This document shows positions 63,954-64,000 of a stretch of DNA of 64,000 nucleotides, in pieces. Both the position numbers and the translations under genes were made by a program. Position 1 is the stretch's first letter. Each line of letters begins with the position of its first letter. The notes below the pieces were generated by a model. It saw only the letters and a program-made list of their open reading frames with translations. It was not told the origin of the DNA and ran no database searches. Origin of the DNA: Azolla caroliniana (Eukaryota; Plantae; Polypodiophyta); the NCBI GenBank assembly GCA_043228905.1, contig JBHGNT010000018.1, positions 10,354,001 through 10,418,000 on the forward strand, given 5' to 3'.

Positions 63954-64000
63954 TGTTGAGAGACAAGCTCAACATCGGCCGGATCGGCTGAAGAAGCCGA
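63954..64000 (+). mobile_element. Start of another G-family Copia LTR inserted in the protease of H
   Basis: TGTTGAGAGACAAGCTCAACAT matches the LTR start at 52105. Confidence 0.75.

Overview
Repeat-rich eukaryotic DNA, most likely from a non-seed land plant (inferred from the PLS-E PPR gene, tRNA-iMet-primed Copia elements and Tcn1-like chromoviruses). Most of the window is nested LTR retrotransposons: two young, near-intact Copia copies of one family (9666-15199 +, 40938-46565 -), an intact chromovirus pol with its 3' LTR (150-4335), and several degraded Gypsy and Copia elements, including a four-level nest at 52105-64000. There is one host gene, an intronless PLS-E PPR gene (25219-26955). 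The standout is a 7,635-bp DNA transposon at 31591-39225 with 37-bp TIRs and a 4-bp GTGT target-site duplication. It carries a Sola-like DDD transposase (three in-frame stops, C-terminal BAH/Tudor-like segment). Head-to-head with it is an apparently intact six-exon gene for a ~968-aa protein that fuses a ParB/Srx-like domain to a bacterial-type beta-class amino (N6-adenine/N4-cytosine) DNA methyltransferase; intron 1 holds long palindromes. The chromoviruses also show a conserved -1 frameshift/pseudoknot signal and a tRNA-like A/B-box module inside their LTRs. All family assignments come from motif recognition by eye, not database searches.
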